Program-made: the position numbers and the translations under genes | Part shown: positions 1 through 13,882 of the stretch, piece by piece | Layout: each line of letters begins with the position of its first letter | Numbering within the stretch: position 1 is the first letter of the stretch | Notes under the pieces: generated by a model | The model's database searches: none | Seen by the model: only the letters and a program-made list of their open reading frames with translations | What the model was told of the DNA's origin: nothing | Source of the DNA: Cetorhinus maximus | Lineage: Eukaryota | NCBI RefSeq assembly: GCF_964194155.1 | Contig: NC_135899.1 | Span: 92,814,001 to 92,878,000 of the forward strand | DNA length: 64,000 nt | Direction of reading: 5' to 3'

Positions 1-1146
1 CTGGGTGAAAGAGGGAGACACGTGGTTAACATGGGTGTACTAAGAACCCATCCTGGTTAAGTGTGAAGGCCCCTTAACGATTCCTGGAGAGTGTTGGCCA
101 CCACTTGGATGGCCAGAGATTAGTGCACTGCATGGCTGCCCAAAATCCTACCACTTCCACCCCAGTCCATCTGATCGATTGGCAGCAGCTTTGCCCATTG
201 GACTGCATGCTGTGCTCTCAGCTCAGGCACAGGCATTCTCCTAACCCGCACTGCAAGGCTGCGCTGTTAGCTTGAACCATGGGGGAGACTGGTCCAAATC
301 GGGAGGATGACATTGCACAGGGGCTGTGAGCACCTCCACCAGTGACTGCTCCATGGCCAGTTTTAGCGAGGAGACTCTACTATGTGTGCAATTGTCCAAC
401 TGTTCTGCCATCCACTAAAATGCTCATGACTTGCAGTCAGTGCCGGGGTGGGTGGGTAGGAATGCGGGGAGGGTGAAAAGCTTTGGAGCACTTGCTGGCA
501 CTTTGGTGCCTCTGCGTTGCTTGAGTGGGCAGATAAGCTAGGAGCCCGACTCCAATCATATCAATGTGGCTGTGTCTGAACTGACTCAGCTGCAGAGGAA
601 TGGTCACTTTATACAGGTTTCCTAAATATGTGGCCACTTCCCTGGCCCACCCTACCCCCCACCCCGAATGCTTGTGTGCTATATTCAACGACAGGGCTGC
701 CCTTGCCCCCTCTCCCCGACAAGGCGCCTCAACAGCAGGGCCGCCCTCAACCCCAACCCCACAGCGTCCCTCAAGCTTGAAGTCCAACAGGCGACTCTGG
801 TGAGCGCTGCACAATGTTACTGTGCACTCACCTCCCAGTTCCCCTCAAAGTGCAGGCTGCCAAGTGCACGCCTTTTATGTGTTGTTGTGAAACACGTTGG
901 CGTGCTTTCCCGCTGATGTGGACGGACGATCCAGTGAAGGGGGATGATTCCGGTGGGGCTGACCTGATAATGATATGCTAATACGTTACAATGAGGTTCC
1001 CGATGTCTGATGGCGGGAAACGCAGCCCTGCCATTGGCGGGCTGAGCAAACAACCACGAACTGGTTTCCCACCGTCGTAAAACCAATCGCGCAATATTGT
1101 CCGCCACTGATCACACCTACACCAGCAGGCACGGAAAATTCCACCC
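1..1146. mobile_element. Terminal part of a related Harbinger element in the opposite orientation
   Basis: Reverse complement of 978-1146 matches the left end of the 4527 and 24936 copies; extension to the window start is inferred from GC content. Confidence 0.6.
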
Positions 1147-2586
1147 AACTCCACCGAACCCCTCCAGACCAACTGTCTCCAATTCAATTACATCACAATC
1201 ACACACACACACAGAAACTATCCAAATCCCACTATTAACCTACTTTTACAATAAATCACAATAATACTATGAGAATTATTATACTTTTGTGAGAGTGCTG
1301 ATTGATTGCCAAGCGGACTCTGATTGGTAGAGGTGTTGCCACGGAGAATGCACCAGGGAACAGTTAACTGCCAAGCTTTTGTTTAAATTTAAATTCAAAC
1401 TGGGCAGGTCGACTCTGATATAATCCCAAAAAGACAGACTGCTGGATATTAACTCAGAGGAACAGTTCTTGTATGAGTGTGCCGCTTTCAGGTAGGGCAA
1501 CTGGAACTGTGAGTTTCCCAAACATCCTTCAGTTACTTTAAATCTTTTTTCTATAGTTTTCCCATCCACAGGGTGCCTGATTTAACAGGCTGCAGCCTGT
1601 TGGGTGGGAAATACTAAAGACAAGGCAGTAGCTGAGCTGGCCTGAGAGCAGGTAGGTCTGGTCAAGGGGTTGGAGATCATGGAGGGAGGGAGGCAATGGT
1701 GGAGGTTTCTAATTGTTGGGAGTGTGTCAGTTAAGCAAAGAGGCAGGTGGTATTCCTGGTGGAATATGAACATTGTAGAGGGGGGCAGATAGAAGCCAAG
1801 AGTCATCTGATCGCAGAGGGGGTGCAAGCAGGCCACAGTGAGTGGGGTTAACTGGGTAGAAGATACTCTTGCTCCTTCTGGGCCCTCAGGCAATGCTATA
1901 AAGGTAATTACCTCATGTGTTCAGCCCTCTCACCTCCTTTCACCTGTTGGTTTTCTCAAGGCTGGACACACTTGACCAACTGGTTAAAAATAGAATCACT
2001 GTTCATGAAGATATGCAGCCTCTTTAACGTATTTAAATGACCAACCTGCTATCTTCAAGTAGATAGGTCACCCGCCCCTCATCCCGCCTCTATTAAAAAA
2101 CTCGATTAATGTGGATTGGATTCCTTTTTCAGCTTTTTAGCTTTTTAGCCTCTAACCTGAAGCAAACCCACCCATTTTTAGGGTGGCTAAACCATCCATA
2201 CAACCCCCCACCCCCACCCACCACCACCGCCAACAGATTCTTCAAAATAGCCTCAATATTTTTTTGTATAATTTCATAATTGTTATAAAACAGGAAGAAT
2301 GCGACTGGCGAATCATCCCTGAGGGCAGCTGTACGTGACAAACTGCAGCATCAGTGTCAGAGTGTGGCAGAGCAGGACCCGAAGGAGAAAATTATGTGTA
2401 ATTTTATACTGCATGACAACCTCGCTGGAGGCTCTTTTTATATCGTTGCAAAGTTTTAAAAGAATGGTGCTGCTCCCCTCCCATTTACAGCTGTTATTCC
2501 ACAGTGAAACTTGAATATAAGGAATGCTTTAATACTGCAGTTTTTGTTGTGTTTGATACCCATAACTTATTCAACCAAACTTTCAG

Positions 2587-2654
2587 GGCCTTATTTTGAG
2601 AAGTACTTGCACTGGGAAGTGACAGAAGAATGTGACCTCCTTCTCACTTGTAAG
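2587..2654 (+). CDS. MYOM3: Myomesin-3 internal exon (GPYFEKYLHWEVTEECDLLLTCK)
   Basis: ttcag acceptor and gtatga donor; 68 nt; peptide matches the myomesin C-terminal Ig region, with GPYFE as in MYOM3. Upstream exons were not found in this window. Confidence 0.9.
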
Positions 2655-2783
2655 GTATGAAAATGTTCTGTAAAAATAAATTGCGTATAACTTAAATGTC
2701 ATTTATTTTAGTGTCACTTAAAACTATTTAGTGAGAGGCGCTGGTGTGATGTCTCAATTTTCATTAATGTGTTCATTAAACAG

Positions 2784-2894
2784 GTGTCAAACACAAAGAG
2801 CCAGACCAGCATTGAATGGTGCAAAGATGGGAAACAAATTACAGATGCTATATATGATCCCCAGAGCGGCAACAGTTCCCTTTCAATCTCACAG
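2784..2894 (+). CDS. MYOM3: Myomesin-3 exon (VSNTKSQTSIEW...YDPQSGNSSLSISQ)
   Basis: AG/GT bounded, 111 nt, phase 0/0, in frame with neighbouring exons; Ig-domain Trp present. Confidence 0.9.
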
Positions 2895-3877
2895 GTAATG
2901 AAAGCCAGAGGTGTTGTTTTGCAGGTCCCTATTCCTGGGTGGGGTGTATCAGATAGCTGAAACTTTTCATTTTATGCTCCCTACCCAACAGTCCAATTCA
3001 GGAACTTTATGTTTAAAGCATGCGAAATTATACAAAGGTGTGGGAGTTGAAACCACAAGACAATGCTGAGTTGCTCTTCTGGAGTTCTGACTTCTCGGCT
3101 CTTGGATCATTTATTAGTTTTGGTATCAATGTACAACTGTTTCCACTTCTCCCAGTGACTATTATCTGCTGTTAATTTATAAAAAAAATGTTCGAACGAA
3201 CTTTAATTTAGAGAAAGTGGAAACAATAAAAAAAGCCACTTAGCTCCTCAGTTGCTTAGCTCTGTGTGCTAATATAGAAAAATCTTTATAGGTTTTATTC
3301 AAAATATTCTCATCTCCTCCCTCCTAATACAGTGCAACAGAAAGTGCTGCACCAGAAATAAAAACAGGAAATATTGGAAATACTCAACAGGTCTGGTAGC
3401 ATCTGTGGGGAACAAAATGGAGTTAGTGCTTCAGGTTAATTACCTTTCATAAGGTTCTCATAAAAGGTCATTACTAACCTGAATCATTAACTGTCTCTGG
3501 AGCACCATTTGGATGCTTATGGGATATCCCAAGACCCCCAGGAGGTAATGATAGAGGCCTCCATGAAGAGAAAATATCTTGTAGCAGCCTCCTCACATCT
3601 CAACCAGCCACTTCTATACCTTTAAGGCCTCTTGCTACCTCTTCAGGTGCTGCAGGAGCATTCCCAATCCAGCACCACCAAGATATTCCACTATTGTTGA
3701 TAGCAATCCTGCCAGGAATGACCAAGCCTTCAGAATGAAACCTATCCATGCAAATGTGTGAAGGCTGGGGCAGATCCAGAGCAGCCAGCAGAAATCCCAC
3801 TCCAGAGAGGAATGTCCCAGTGCATGTTTCCTGTTGCATTTTCTTTTGTTTTTACAGAATCATTTTTTTTTTTCCAG

Positions 3878-3965
3878 GTCACTAAGAAGGATGAAGGAGT
3901 TTATAAAACAGTAGTGGCGGATGAAAGGGGACAAGATTCTAGTGTTCTCGAGATGCTCAATCAAG
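3878..3965 (+). CDS. MYOM3: Myomesin-3 exon (VTKKDEGVYKTVVADERGQDSSVLEMLNQ)
   Basis: Poly-T tract then ccag acceptor, gtata donor; Ig DxGxY motif; 88 nt. Confidence 0.9.
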
Positions 3966-4526
3966 GTATAAAATGTTTTTTAATGAAAATTCTTTAATGA
4001 AAATTCTGGTGCTTCAGAGACAAAGCACCATCTTCTCAAGGGCAATTGGGGATGGGCAACAAATGCTGGCCTTACAAGCGACACTCACATCACATGAAAG
4101 AATTTTAAAAAGTGACTTTAACTGTGAGGAGTGCAGCCAACTGATGATCTGCATGTCTCCCTCCATGGGCTTCTGCACTCCACAATGCAAACCAATTGAC
4201 CTACCAGATGTGCTGCCTGGTAATAACCATTTTGTTGAATTAAAGTGAATATGGGGAATTGCTTCTGTGTGTTTGGGTGCTGATCAACATATGAACAGTG
4301 GACCCTCCACAAGACTACAGGCATCAGCCTCCTGACAGCCAATGTGAGAACGTGATAGCAACACAACAATCTATACAATGCCTTTAACAAATTACAATGT
4401 CCTAAGACAATTCACAAGAGTGTGAACAAACAAATTTTGCACCAAGCCACATGAGATATTAAGATAGCTAACCCTTGATCAAAGAGGTTGGTTTTAAGAA
4501 GCGTCTTAAAGAGGGAAAGAGACATA

Positions 4527-5420
4527 GGCCGGGATTTCCCATGCCCGCCAGCGTCGGGCAGGTTGGGTAGCGTGAGCAGACAATATGGCGCAATCGGTTT
4601 CACGACGTCGTGAAACCAGTTTGCGATCGTCCGCTCAGCCCGTCAATGGCGGACCATGTTTCCCATCATCGGACATCGGGAACCTCATTGTCATACATCT
4701 GTAACTCATATTAGGCCAGCCCGCTGGACTCATCCTCCCCGCAACACTGGACCATCCGCACACGTCAGCGGGAAAACACACCGACAAGTTTTGCAACAGC
4801 ACATAAGCGACATGCACCTGGTGGGCTGCACTTCACTTGGGACTTCAAGGTTTGTTTGCCTACCTTGCTTCAGTCAGCACTCGTAGTCATCAGTGCCAGG
4901 CTTCACAGACAGCACCACGTCACTTTTAGGGGGGCTGACGTCAGGTTTCTACCTACCAGATCAGCCATATATGGGTGGCTTTTCAATGGCTGTAGGGCTA
5001 GGTCTTGCTTGGTGCAGGGGGAAGAAGTGGCCTCAGGCAAGGGAAGAGGCTGCAGGACAAGGGTTATACTGGGGAAGGAGGGCGTCCCAGGGGGTGTGTG
5101 TGGGGCAAATGTTGATCTGTGCAAGTGGCCTCAAGAGGGTGAGGGCTGAGGAGGCAGCCTCCAGGGGAGATGAGGCCAGATGGGTATGTGTGTGAGAATG
5201 GGTGGCGATGTCCCTTGAGCTGGCAGTGAGTGAGATGCCAGTGAATGTGTGATGGGCTTGAGTGTGTGAGTTTAGAGCGATGAGATGGTTGCCTTACCCT
5301 GGCTGCACGATGTGATCAGTCATCCTCTTTCTGCATTGGATGGCCAACCTCTCCTGTACAGCATTGGCACCGATCACCACTGATCACCACAACATAGTGA
5401 CAGGCCAGCTGGGAAGGACA
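4527..5420. mobile_element. Truncated copy of the 24936-26212 Harbinger family
   Basis: Collinear similarity over ~850 bp (see paralogous ORF text MHL.GCTSL.TSRFVCLPCF); inserted in an L2-like remnant. Confidence 0.78.
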
Positions 5421-6134
5421 GCAATAGTTATGGAGTCACGGGTGCTGATGCAGATGGAAAACTTTATCATCAGCTTACAAACAAGATGTGACCTCATGCC
5501 CATCAAGAATTTCACCCAAGGTTGAATAAATAGTGAATAGGAAGAACCCTGGGTACACTGAAGGTGGGCCAAGGAGGAGAACCATTGCCAGCAATTGAAT
5601 TTCTGCATTCATATGTCAGGGTGTTAGTGTGGAAGAGAGACAATGGAGGAGGCTGGTCCTGCAGAGAGGTCAAGAAGGGTCAATATACTAGAGTCAGTGT
5701 CAAACCAAATTGTTCAGAGCTGTTTTGGCATTCAATGTGAACTGGAAGACTAACTGAAGGGAGAGGGAATGATTAAAGAGAAGGGAACAAGTTGGGTGGC
5801 TCCAGAATATTCTAGAGCTTTAAAAATGAAGGAGAGTTTGGTGAGAGGCCAGTAGTTCCTGAGAGCAGGTCAAGGGTAGACTTTATCAAGGGGGCAATTG
5901 TGACAACTTTGAAATGCTGGAGAGAGAGCAGTTAATAATTATGTTGACATTTCTGAAAAAAATTCTGATGATTACAGAGCAACATTTAATAATTAATTCC
6001 TTTTAAAAATATCAACATTATTGTATATATAACTATATCACCATAACATTATAAATATGATGGAATTTACTGTATTCTAATCTGCTGTGATGATCAAACC
6101 AGGAGATTTGTTTGTTTTCACTGTGTTTATGCAG

Positions 6135-6173
6135 CATTTGAAGACATTCTCAGGGAAATCTGCAGAATTGGTG
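6135..6173 (+). CDS. MYOM3: Myomesin-3 small exon (AFEDILREICRIG)
   Basis: gcag acceptor, gtaagt donor; 39 nt, phase 1/1; encodes a myomesin inter-domain helix. Confidence 0.88.
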
Positions 6174-8112
6174 GTAAGTAACTTGATACAGTGACAAATT
6201 TACAACTTATGTCCTGCTTAAGCTACTGTTGTACAGAAGTTTAAAATACACATGACCTTCAAAGGTAGTGTTATGTAGTTAGCCTCAACCACTTGTTGTT
6301 TAATAGAGATAAACATTATAGGTTGGAGGGTCTGTGGGAGTTCTCCAATCTCCCAACATAACTTTGGCAAAAGGTCAGTGAAAACACCTGAGAAAGAGCA
6401 TAAAAAGTCATTTCCACTGTTTCTTTAGGTTTCAATGGATCCCCAACTGAAGCTACAGTGAGAGAACTCCCTCAGAAATTCCAGGTGTAAAGTTATCTAT
6501 CATATTTGTCATTTTTCTGTCTACTTCAGTACAAATGTATGAGAGATGTACTTTCTGAAGTGCTTCCTGAAAGGTGGAGTGATGCTCAATTTTAACAATA
6601 TTACTTCTGTTGATCTGGTTGTTTTGAAGCAATCACTGCATGGTTAAAATTGAATCAAAGAATTTTCATTATGGGATAATTGACAATTCAGCCAGAGATG
6701 CTGACTTACAATTTGGACCTGCAATTTGACCCTTTCATGACCTAAACTTTTTTGTATTTCATCACTAATTTTGTACGTCAAAATGAAATAGAGGCAAAAT
6801 TCTATGTGAAGGACTCTGATTGGAACCGTCGATTGACACAATGTTCTTTTACCCAAGGGGTGCCGACAATGAAATCTTCTCCTGTAATTGAAATGGGTTT
6901 GAGGGGTATCAACCCCCCTCCCCTATCTCACACATTCCTGGCCATCACAATTTCTAGTCAAGCCAGGTTCTGTTCTCTCTTGATATTGAACGGCATTTAG
7001 GAGCAGGTTTCTTCCTTTCCCTAGCCCAGGAACACTGAAGCCAATTGTAGCAACTTGACAGTTATACCAGCAGAGATCAGCTAATTCCAAGTTTGCTAAC
7101 TGTAATTAAATGTAAGTCTAGAGGCTTTATCACATGAACACCTGCCTCCAACTAGTCTACCCAATCAGTCTTTTTTCACATGTCCAATGCTTTAATAAAT
7201 AATAAACAAAAAGAAAATGAATAAAAACCACATAATTTGTGTAGCATCCCTATTATTTTTCTCTCAGGTTGCTTGCTGCAGTGTCCAGGAGATTAAACTT
7301 TAATCCCTGGAGACTCCAGGACAATCCTGGGGAGTTGGGAACCATAGATAAATTCAGCATACACCTGAGATCAAGCCTCGACCCTTCCTGGTTTGCATGT
7401 CCCAGCATCAAACCTGACGGCTCATTCACCCAATCAGCCAACTTGTCCAGACCCTCTAATTTGTCCAGTGGAGACGGTTTAGTTCTAGAGCAAAGCGCAA
7501 ATGTAGTGCATCATTTCCTGTTATGTGATTAAATTATCAAACCCGACTCATGAATCAAAACATCACATGTTGTTGACGTTAACTCTTATCAGCTCTATTG
7601 CTGAGAAAAGCAAATTAATTATCCGATATGGAAAATGGCTGGCTTTCGAGTTCTAGAGGTATGAATAACCTAAACAGTTTTGCTGCCTTTAAAACATTTT
7701 GTTTCAAAGTAGTTTGGAGGATAATTTTTAGACAACAAAGTTGTGATAGCGCAAGGCCAATTATGATTCATAGATCACTACAACATGAAAACTTCAGTCT
7801 TTAGGGAGAAATACACATCTGTTTAACACAATATCATGTTGACCTGTAGCAGAGAACAAACAGGGTCACTTATTACCATCAAACTGTGTGCCCTGTTCTC
7901 TTTATGAATTTGCTTGTTACAAGCCACTCACACTATACATAGTGTTACATCGAGTCTACAACACAGAAACATGCCATACAATACAATTGGGAGCTGTTGT
8001 TTATACTCCACATGCGCTTCCTCTTGCCTTCTTTATCTCACCCTATCAACATATTCTACTCCTTTTTCCCTCATGTGTTTATCAAGATTCACCTTAACTG
8101 TATCTATGCTGT

Positions 8113-8500
8113 TGAACATAAGAACATCAGTAAAAGGAGCAACAGTAGACCATACATCCCATCAGCTTGCTCCTCCACTCAATACAATCGTGGCTGACCT
8201 TGGGCTTCAACTCCACTTTCCCTGCCCGCTCCCCATATCCCTTAATTCCCTGAGAGACCAAAAATCTGTCCACCCCCAGCCTTAAATACATTCAATGATG
8301 GAGCATCCACCACCCTCTGGGGTGGAGAATTCCAAAGATTCACAACCCTTTGAATGAAGAAAGTTCTCTTCTTCTCAGTCCAAAATGATTGACCCCTTAT
8401 CCTGAAACTGTACCTCCTTGTTCGAAGCTCCCCAGCCAGAGTAAACAACCTCGCAATGTTTACCCTGTAAAGTCGCTTCATAAACTTTGAATGTTTCAAT
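8113..8500 (-). mobile_element. CR1 3' fragment
   Basis: ORF 8242..8499 (FFIQRVVNLWNSPPQRVVDA). Confidence 0.8.
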
Positions 8501-8625
8501 GAGATTTCAGCGTTTGCCTCAACTGCACCCTATGGTAGCAAGTTCCACATTCTAACCACTTATTGCAAAAACATTTTTCTCCTGAATTCCCTATTGGATT
8601 GATGAATGACTATCTCATATTTATT

Positions 8626-9319
8626 GGGGAGAATTTTCTCCCCGTTGGGGGCTGCTGAGCGGGAGCGGGAGCAGGCGGGCGTGCAGCTGATCACTGACGC
8701 AATCGGCTGCGTGCCGCCATTTTACGTGGGTGGGCCAATTAAGGCCCGCCCAGCGTGACACACACCCAGAAGCGTTGAGCGCTCCCTGTGCGGGTCGGGG
8801 GGAGGAGGCTGAGTCGGGGCCTGCGCTCTTTCGCATGCACGCGAAAGAGCGCAGAAATCTCCCTGAGGCACAGAGCTGCCTCAGGGAGTTTAGTATGATT
8901 ATTATTATTTGAAATAAAGAAAAAAAAATTCAGACATATCGCCTCATGTGACACGTGAGCTGGGACATGTCACTGAATTTTAACAAAAATTTTCATTTGA
9001 TTTATAAAGCCTTCATGAAACCTCATCCCACCCGTGGATGAGGTTTCATGATAAATGTGAAGGCCGCCTGGGCTCTTCACCTGCCCCCCGCCAACCTTAA
9101 GGTTGGACGGGCAGCTATGTTGATTTCTTCAATTGGTATTTAAATGGCCTTAATAGGCCTTTGATAGTTTGGCAGGCGTGCAGCCAACTCCAGTGCGCGC
9201 CCGCCGAACTGAAGATCTGAATGACGCGCGGTGAGGTCAGGACGCATGCCCGACATTACTGCGCATCATTTTACGGCGAGCAGGGTCTGCCCCCACACAC
9301 CGACCAGGAGATTCAGGCC
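8626..9319. mobile_element. GC/CpG-rich Harbinger-type MITE
   Basis: Starts GGGGAGAATTTTCTC and ends GGAGATTCAGGCC; interrupts a minus-strand CR1 remnant; the same left end recurs at 63920. Confidence 0.65.
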
Positions 9320-10078
9320 TTAAAGGCTTGCATGGCATATAGATTTGGACTCCCTGCAACTTATTTCAGCATCTGCCCTAATAAACCCTTTAAGCCCTCT
9401 ATCAGGCAACCCCTCAACCCTCTCTTTTCTAGAGTAAAGATCCTTAGTCTGTTTAGCCTTTCCTGACAAGCATATCCACTCAACCCTGGTATCATCCTTG
9501 TGAAATGTTTTCACACCTTCTCCATCCTTTACCCTTTTTATAAAATAGAGACCAGAGCTTTTCACAGTCCTCCATGTGGTCTAAGGAAGGTTGGATATAA
9601 GTTTAACGTAACTTCTATGCTTTTTAATTCTATCCCTTTAGAAAAGAATTTGCAGTAATATGGAAAGGCAAGTTCTTGTCAGTTCAGTGATTTCTAATTG
9701 TTTGCACGTGGGAGAATTTGAACAGTGCGCCCTCTAAAGGAGCATAAGATCACTGACAGCAACTTCTAGATTTCCGCATTTATGCACATGTGTGGACTCA
9801 GTTTCTGAAGATTAACGACTATGAGCGCTAACAGTTTCATCATTATTGTTACCCCAAAATCCATGCTAATAAAACTGTAGAAGCTGATGAAATACTATTT
9901 TACTGCTACTAGGTGGCTCTGCCCCATTTGTAAACAAATCTCCCAACACGCTGATTTGTTTACTGTAGCTAGTTAGTATTAAGAAAGCTGTTAAGACCTG
10001 ATGATCCTAGTTGAGACGAAACTTCCCTCATCTAACTTAATGAAGGTTTTGTTTAATGACATTTTCTACTTTCCACAG

Positions 10079-10184
10079 GCACTTCTGCTTCTGAATTAAA
10101 AGTACAGGCCACAGCCGATGGAATAAAGCTTTATTCCTTAACAAAGTGCAACATGGAGTACATGAAAAACACCTGGTATTTAAA
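10079..10184 (+). CDS. MYOM3: Myomesin-3 exon (TSASELKVQATADGIKLYSLTKCNMEYMKNTWYL)
   Basis: acag acceptor, gtaagt donor; 106 nt; NMEYMKNTW resembles MYOM3 NVEYMKTTW. Confidence 0.9.
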
Positions 10185-10429
10185 GTAAGTGAAATGCCTT
10201 AAATAGATTTTAGAAAGAATAAAAAGTATAAAAACTAAAAGGTAAAATGTCTAATAATTATCAGCTGGTTACAGTTGCTTGATACTGATCAAAAGAGATT
10301 TGTGTGTGTGACATATTCAAAGATTTCAGCAGAATATTTGATACAATTTTCTATTTTGTGATGTGGATGAGTGCACTTGTACAGAGTGAGATCATCAATA
10401 TAAATATCAGCTGTTCTTCCCTTGGTCCA

Positions 10430-12016
10430 GGCACCTGATTTCTGGCTACTGAACACCAGAGTCCTGGACACTTGGCACCACACAGCTTTGGTGCAGTGAA
10501 GCTAATGGTCTGGACTTTTGCTCCCGGCCAGGGGTACAGAGTCGGGACATTTCCCGGCTCCAAAGACCCGACCCAGGAGAAAGTGCCCCGGAAGTTGGGG
10601 TTTTCATTCCGTGGCGCTGGGGTCCTCTGGAAGTCAGGCCCAGCCCTGCGAACGAGTGTGGAGGCTGCTGGGTGTGGAGGTGGGCTGTGTGGAAGGCCTA
10701 TCTCTGTGCTCTGGCACTGAGTCCAAGATTTTAAAAATAACAATAAAGCGGCCCTCACCCCTCACACCCACTTATCCTCCATACACTCCCCACACCCCAT
10801 CCATGGCCCCCATACCCTCCATGCCAACATATGCCTCTCTTCCCACCCCCATGGTGCCTCATACCCTCCATGCTGACCTGTACCCCTTTACCCACCCCCT
10901 TTATAGCCCTTATGCCAACTTAGTCCCAACTCATGCCTACCCATGCCCCCCCACTTTTGCCCTTACACCTACCTTGCCAAATTATCCAGTTTCCACCATG
11001 TGCAGACTGGTTAACTGAAATTAAATAAAACAAAGTTACAAGTGTTTATTGCAGACATTTAAATAAAACACTCTCATTCATAAAAACCCACTCACTACAA
11101 TTACATTCCTTCAACTACATCCTTGTGGACATGAACCTTTCATTCATGTTCTTAATCTCTTATAAAAAACAAACATCTAATTCAAATGCATGATCCCTTA
11201 TACAAATGAACATTGAGATTCATAGTCCAACTTCAAAAAATCTAAACCACTTGGAACTGTCAATCAAACTGTCAAATCACACATGCCCTACTGTGATAAT
11301 GGAGGATTGTGAAATCAGTCATGCAGCACTAATTCAACAATAGTGGCCTCTGTCAACAGACAGAGTGGAATAGCAAGCAATGATTTTTTAAACACTCCAG
11401 ATGCTTTTTTAAGATTTAAAGGGCAGGAGTTTTAAATTCCTTGATGACTTGACAGTTGCCTTTGAAAGGGTATTTTGCCACTTTTCACTGTTGTTTCTGA
11501 TAGTTCATTTTGACACTTCAGTTCCAATGGGCTTGGCAGTTATTGAGTTTTTGCATTTTTTTACACACATTCATGCCTAATTTTAACAATCTCAAGGGGC
11601 ACCTTACCTCTCCAAGGGACACATGACCTACCCCAAAGAGCACCTGACCTACCTCAATGGACACCAGACCTCCCCCAAAAGTGTTCCAGGACCATATCCA
11701 AAGGGGTACCTTACCTCTCCAAAACGGTACCCCAACTCCATATGGACTCCACAAAGTTCAGACCTGCTCCTACCAAGCCTAACCAGTGCACCTGTTTCAC
11801 ACACCTAGATCACCAAAATTAGACATGAATGGAGACAGCTGATGATTTATATTGGCAGCTGCCTCTGCAAAATGTGCATTTGCAAAACCTGACCCAGGTC
11901 CATTACCCCCGCCAAATTGGTAGGCACATTGTTTGGGGGTGGGACTTCCGATTTTTGGCCTCTTCCGCCATTTTCACGATGATGAGGGGCTCACTGTCGT
12001 TGCAAAAAACCAGGCC
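10430..12016. mobile_element. Probable non-autonomous DNA transposon, unclassified
   Basis: GC-rich ends, C-rich low-complexity interior and a terminus (AAAAAACCAGGCC) like the other MITEs; boundaries uncertain. Confidence 0.35.
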
Positions 12017-12084
12017 AACATTTCAAATCCATTTGTGATGATGAAATTCTGTGGTAACAACTAAAACGTAGTCAATCTTTTTAG

Positions 12085-12248
12085 TGAAAAAACCCTGGAA
12101 TCTCAAGAAAGAAGGAGAATGGGATCTGATAATCAACAGATTTGGCTGCAGATCTCCAATCCAACTGAAGCAGACAAGGGGAAATACACCTTGGAAATGT
12201 TTGACGGTAAACAGACATATAAACGAGTCTTTGCCTTATCAGAACAAG
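12085..12248 (+). CDS. MYOM3: Myomesin-3 exon (EKTLES...QIWLQISNPTEADKGKYTLEMFDGK...LSEQ)
   Basis: ttag acceptor, gtaag donor; overlaps ORF 12119..12301; the IWL...DKGKY motif is conserved in myomesins. Confidence 0.92.
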
Positions 12249-12365
12249 GTAAGAAATTGTGCTTTTACACACATTCCAAAATTCCTTTCAAATATATTTG
12301 ACAAATTATACCATTATCATTCAAAATATAAATGCTGACATGAAATTTGTTGGATTTTGTTTCAG

Positions 12366-12402
12366 TTTTTAATGAAGCAATAGCTGAATATCAAAGACTG
12401 AA
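12366..12402 (+). CDS. MYOM3: Myomesin-3 small exon (VFNEAIAEYQRLK)
   Basis: ttcag acceptor, gtaagt donor; 37 nt; phases fit both neighbours. Confidence 0.88.
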
Positions 12403-13234
12403 GTAAGTTTCCTTTTCACTGATTTATTTTCATGTATTTGGACTGCAAAGTAATCCCCCTATAATGGTGGCAGTGACTTCTCAATTTGGTCAAATCCTCT
12501 TATAGTTGCGTAGATTTGGGACACAACAAAATTGTGATCTTATCCAATACATGATACAGGCCCACCCTAACGTATTTCTAAGGTATTTCTTTTTGCAATC
12601 CAAATATAATGGAGCTCTAATGAACCATTCCATGTTTTAATGTATGAAATAAAACTGATTTGAATATTATTGGCCTATATAGTGAATGCAATCATTGTAT
12701 CTTAAAACCCATTAGTCACACCACATTCATTGAACTTCTACACCTCCCAGATCTGCAACAAGAAAAGTAAAAAGTAAATAAACCTTTCAAGCGATAGCCT
12801 CCAGCAGCTCCTCTGAGTATTTTGCCAAGACTCTCACAATACTGACTGCAGCCTGCATAGCCTGTATTTGTTACCACCCACCCCCAACTGAGGTTCCCCA
12901 AAGTTGTTGATCCAGGTGAGACTCCTCAATTTGTCACCGTCTGGCTGGCCCCACCCCCTTGCAAATTGTTATGCTCGGTGTGAGGAGGGATGAATTTGGC
13001 TCTCTGGATCCCTGTTTTTATTCAGCACCCAGCCCCCACCCTTCTGTTGGTCGCAACAAGGTTTAATATAAAAAGAATCCATTTCGCAGACACCTTTCGC
13101 GCAGACCCAATCGTTCTGGCTTTGAAGGAGCCAATTTGATCAGATTTTCCTGAGTTAAAGGTAAGAGTAATTTTATTAGGTACTAAAGGCAAGAAATGAT
13201 AAAACACATGCATATACAGTCATACAGCTTAAAA

Positions 13235-13738
13235 GGATAGCATCTTTCACAACTCCCGGATGTCCCGAAGCACTTCACAGCCAATGAAGTGTTGCCATTG
13301 TTGTAATGTAGAAAAAGCAGCATCTAATTTGCACACAACAAGCTCCCACAAACAGCCACATAATCTGCTTTACTGATATTAGATGAGGGATAAATATTGG
13401 CCAGGACACTGAGGAAAACTCCCCTGCTCTTCTTCAAGATGTTAGCCATGGGATCTTACATCCAGCTGAGAGAGCAGGCAGGGTCATACGGACTCTAAAC
13501 GTTAACTCTGCTTCTCTCTCCACAGATGCTGCTAGACCTGCTGAGTTTTTCCACCATTTTCTGTTTTTGAGCAGACTTGACATTTTAATCGAAAAGGCAG
13601 GACATCCAACAGTGCAGTACTCTCTCAGTAATGCATTAGGAGTTAAGCATAGCTTTTGTGTTCAGATCTCTGGAGTGGGACTTGAACCCATAACCTGACT
13701 CAGAGATAAGCTTGCTACTAACTGAGCCACAGCTGATA
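13235..13738 (-). mobile_element. Deu-domain SINE with a nested Penelope-derived unit
   Basis: Reverse-complement similarity to 48560-49115; tRNA-like B box near 13675-13690. Confidence 0.7.
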
Positions 13739-13859
13739 CCTTTGTAGCCCTGTGGCATCCGATGGCTTGATGTTACTGATAGTTTATTTTCTAACCATAT
13801 CTGTGTGTGCAACAATGAATTATTGGGAGTTTCCTGATTTTGTTACATTTATTTTTCAG

Positions 13860-13882
13860 GCAGGCAGCAATTGCAGAAAAAA
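13860..13882 (+). CDS. MYOM3: Myomesin-3 micro-exon (QAAIAEK)
   Basis: tttttcag acceptor, gtaagt donor; 23 nt; completes the conserved RLKQAAIAEKNRA helix. Confidence 0.85.

Noticed and set aside
3851-3857. Alternative acceptor tttacag 20 nt upstream of the MYOM3 exon at 3878
   Set aside because: Use of this site would shift the reading frame, and nothing supports it.
10518-11018. 166-aa Pro-rich ORF
   Set aside because: It arises from C-rich low-complexity sequence inside a probable transposon in a MYOM3 intron, and has no recognisable domain.
13660-13738. tRNA-like A/B boxes
   Set aside because: They are the head of a SINE; no complete cloverleaf can be formed.
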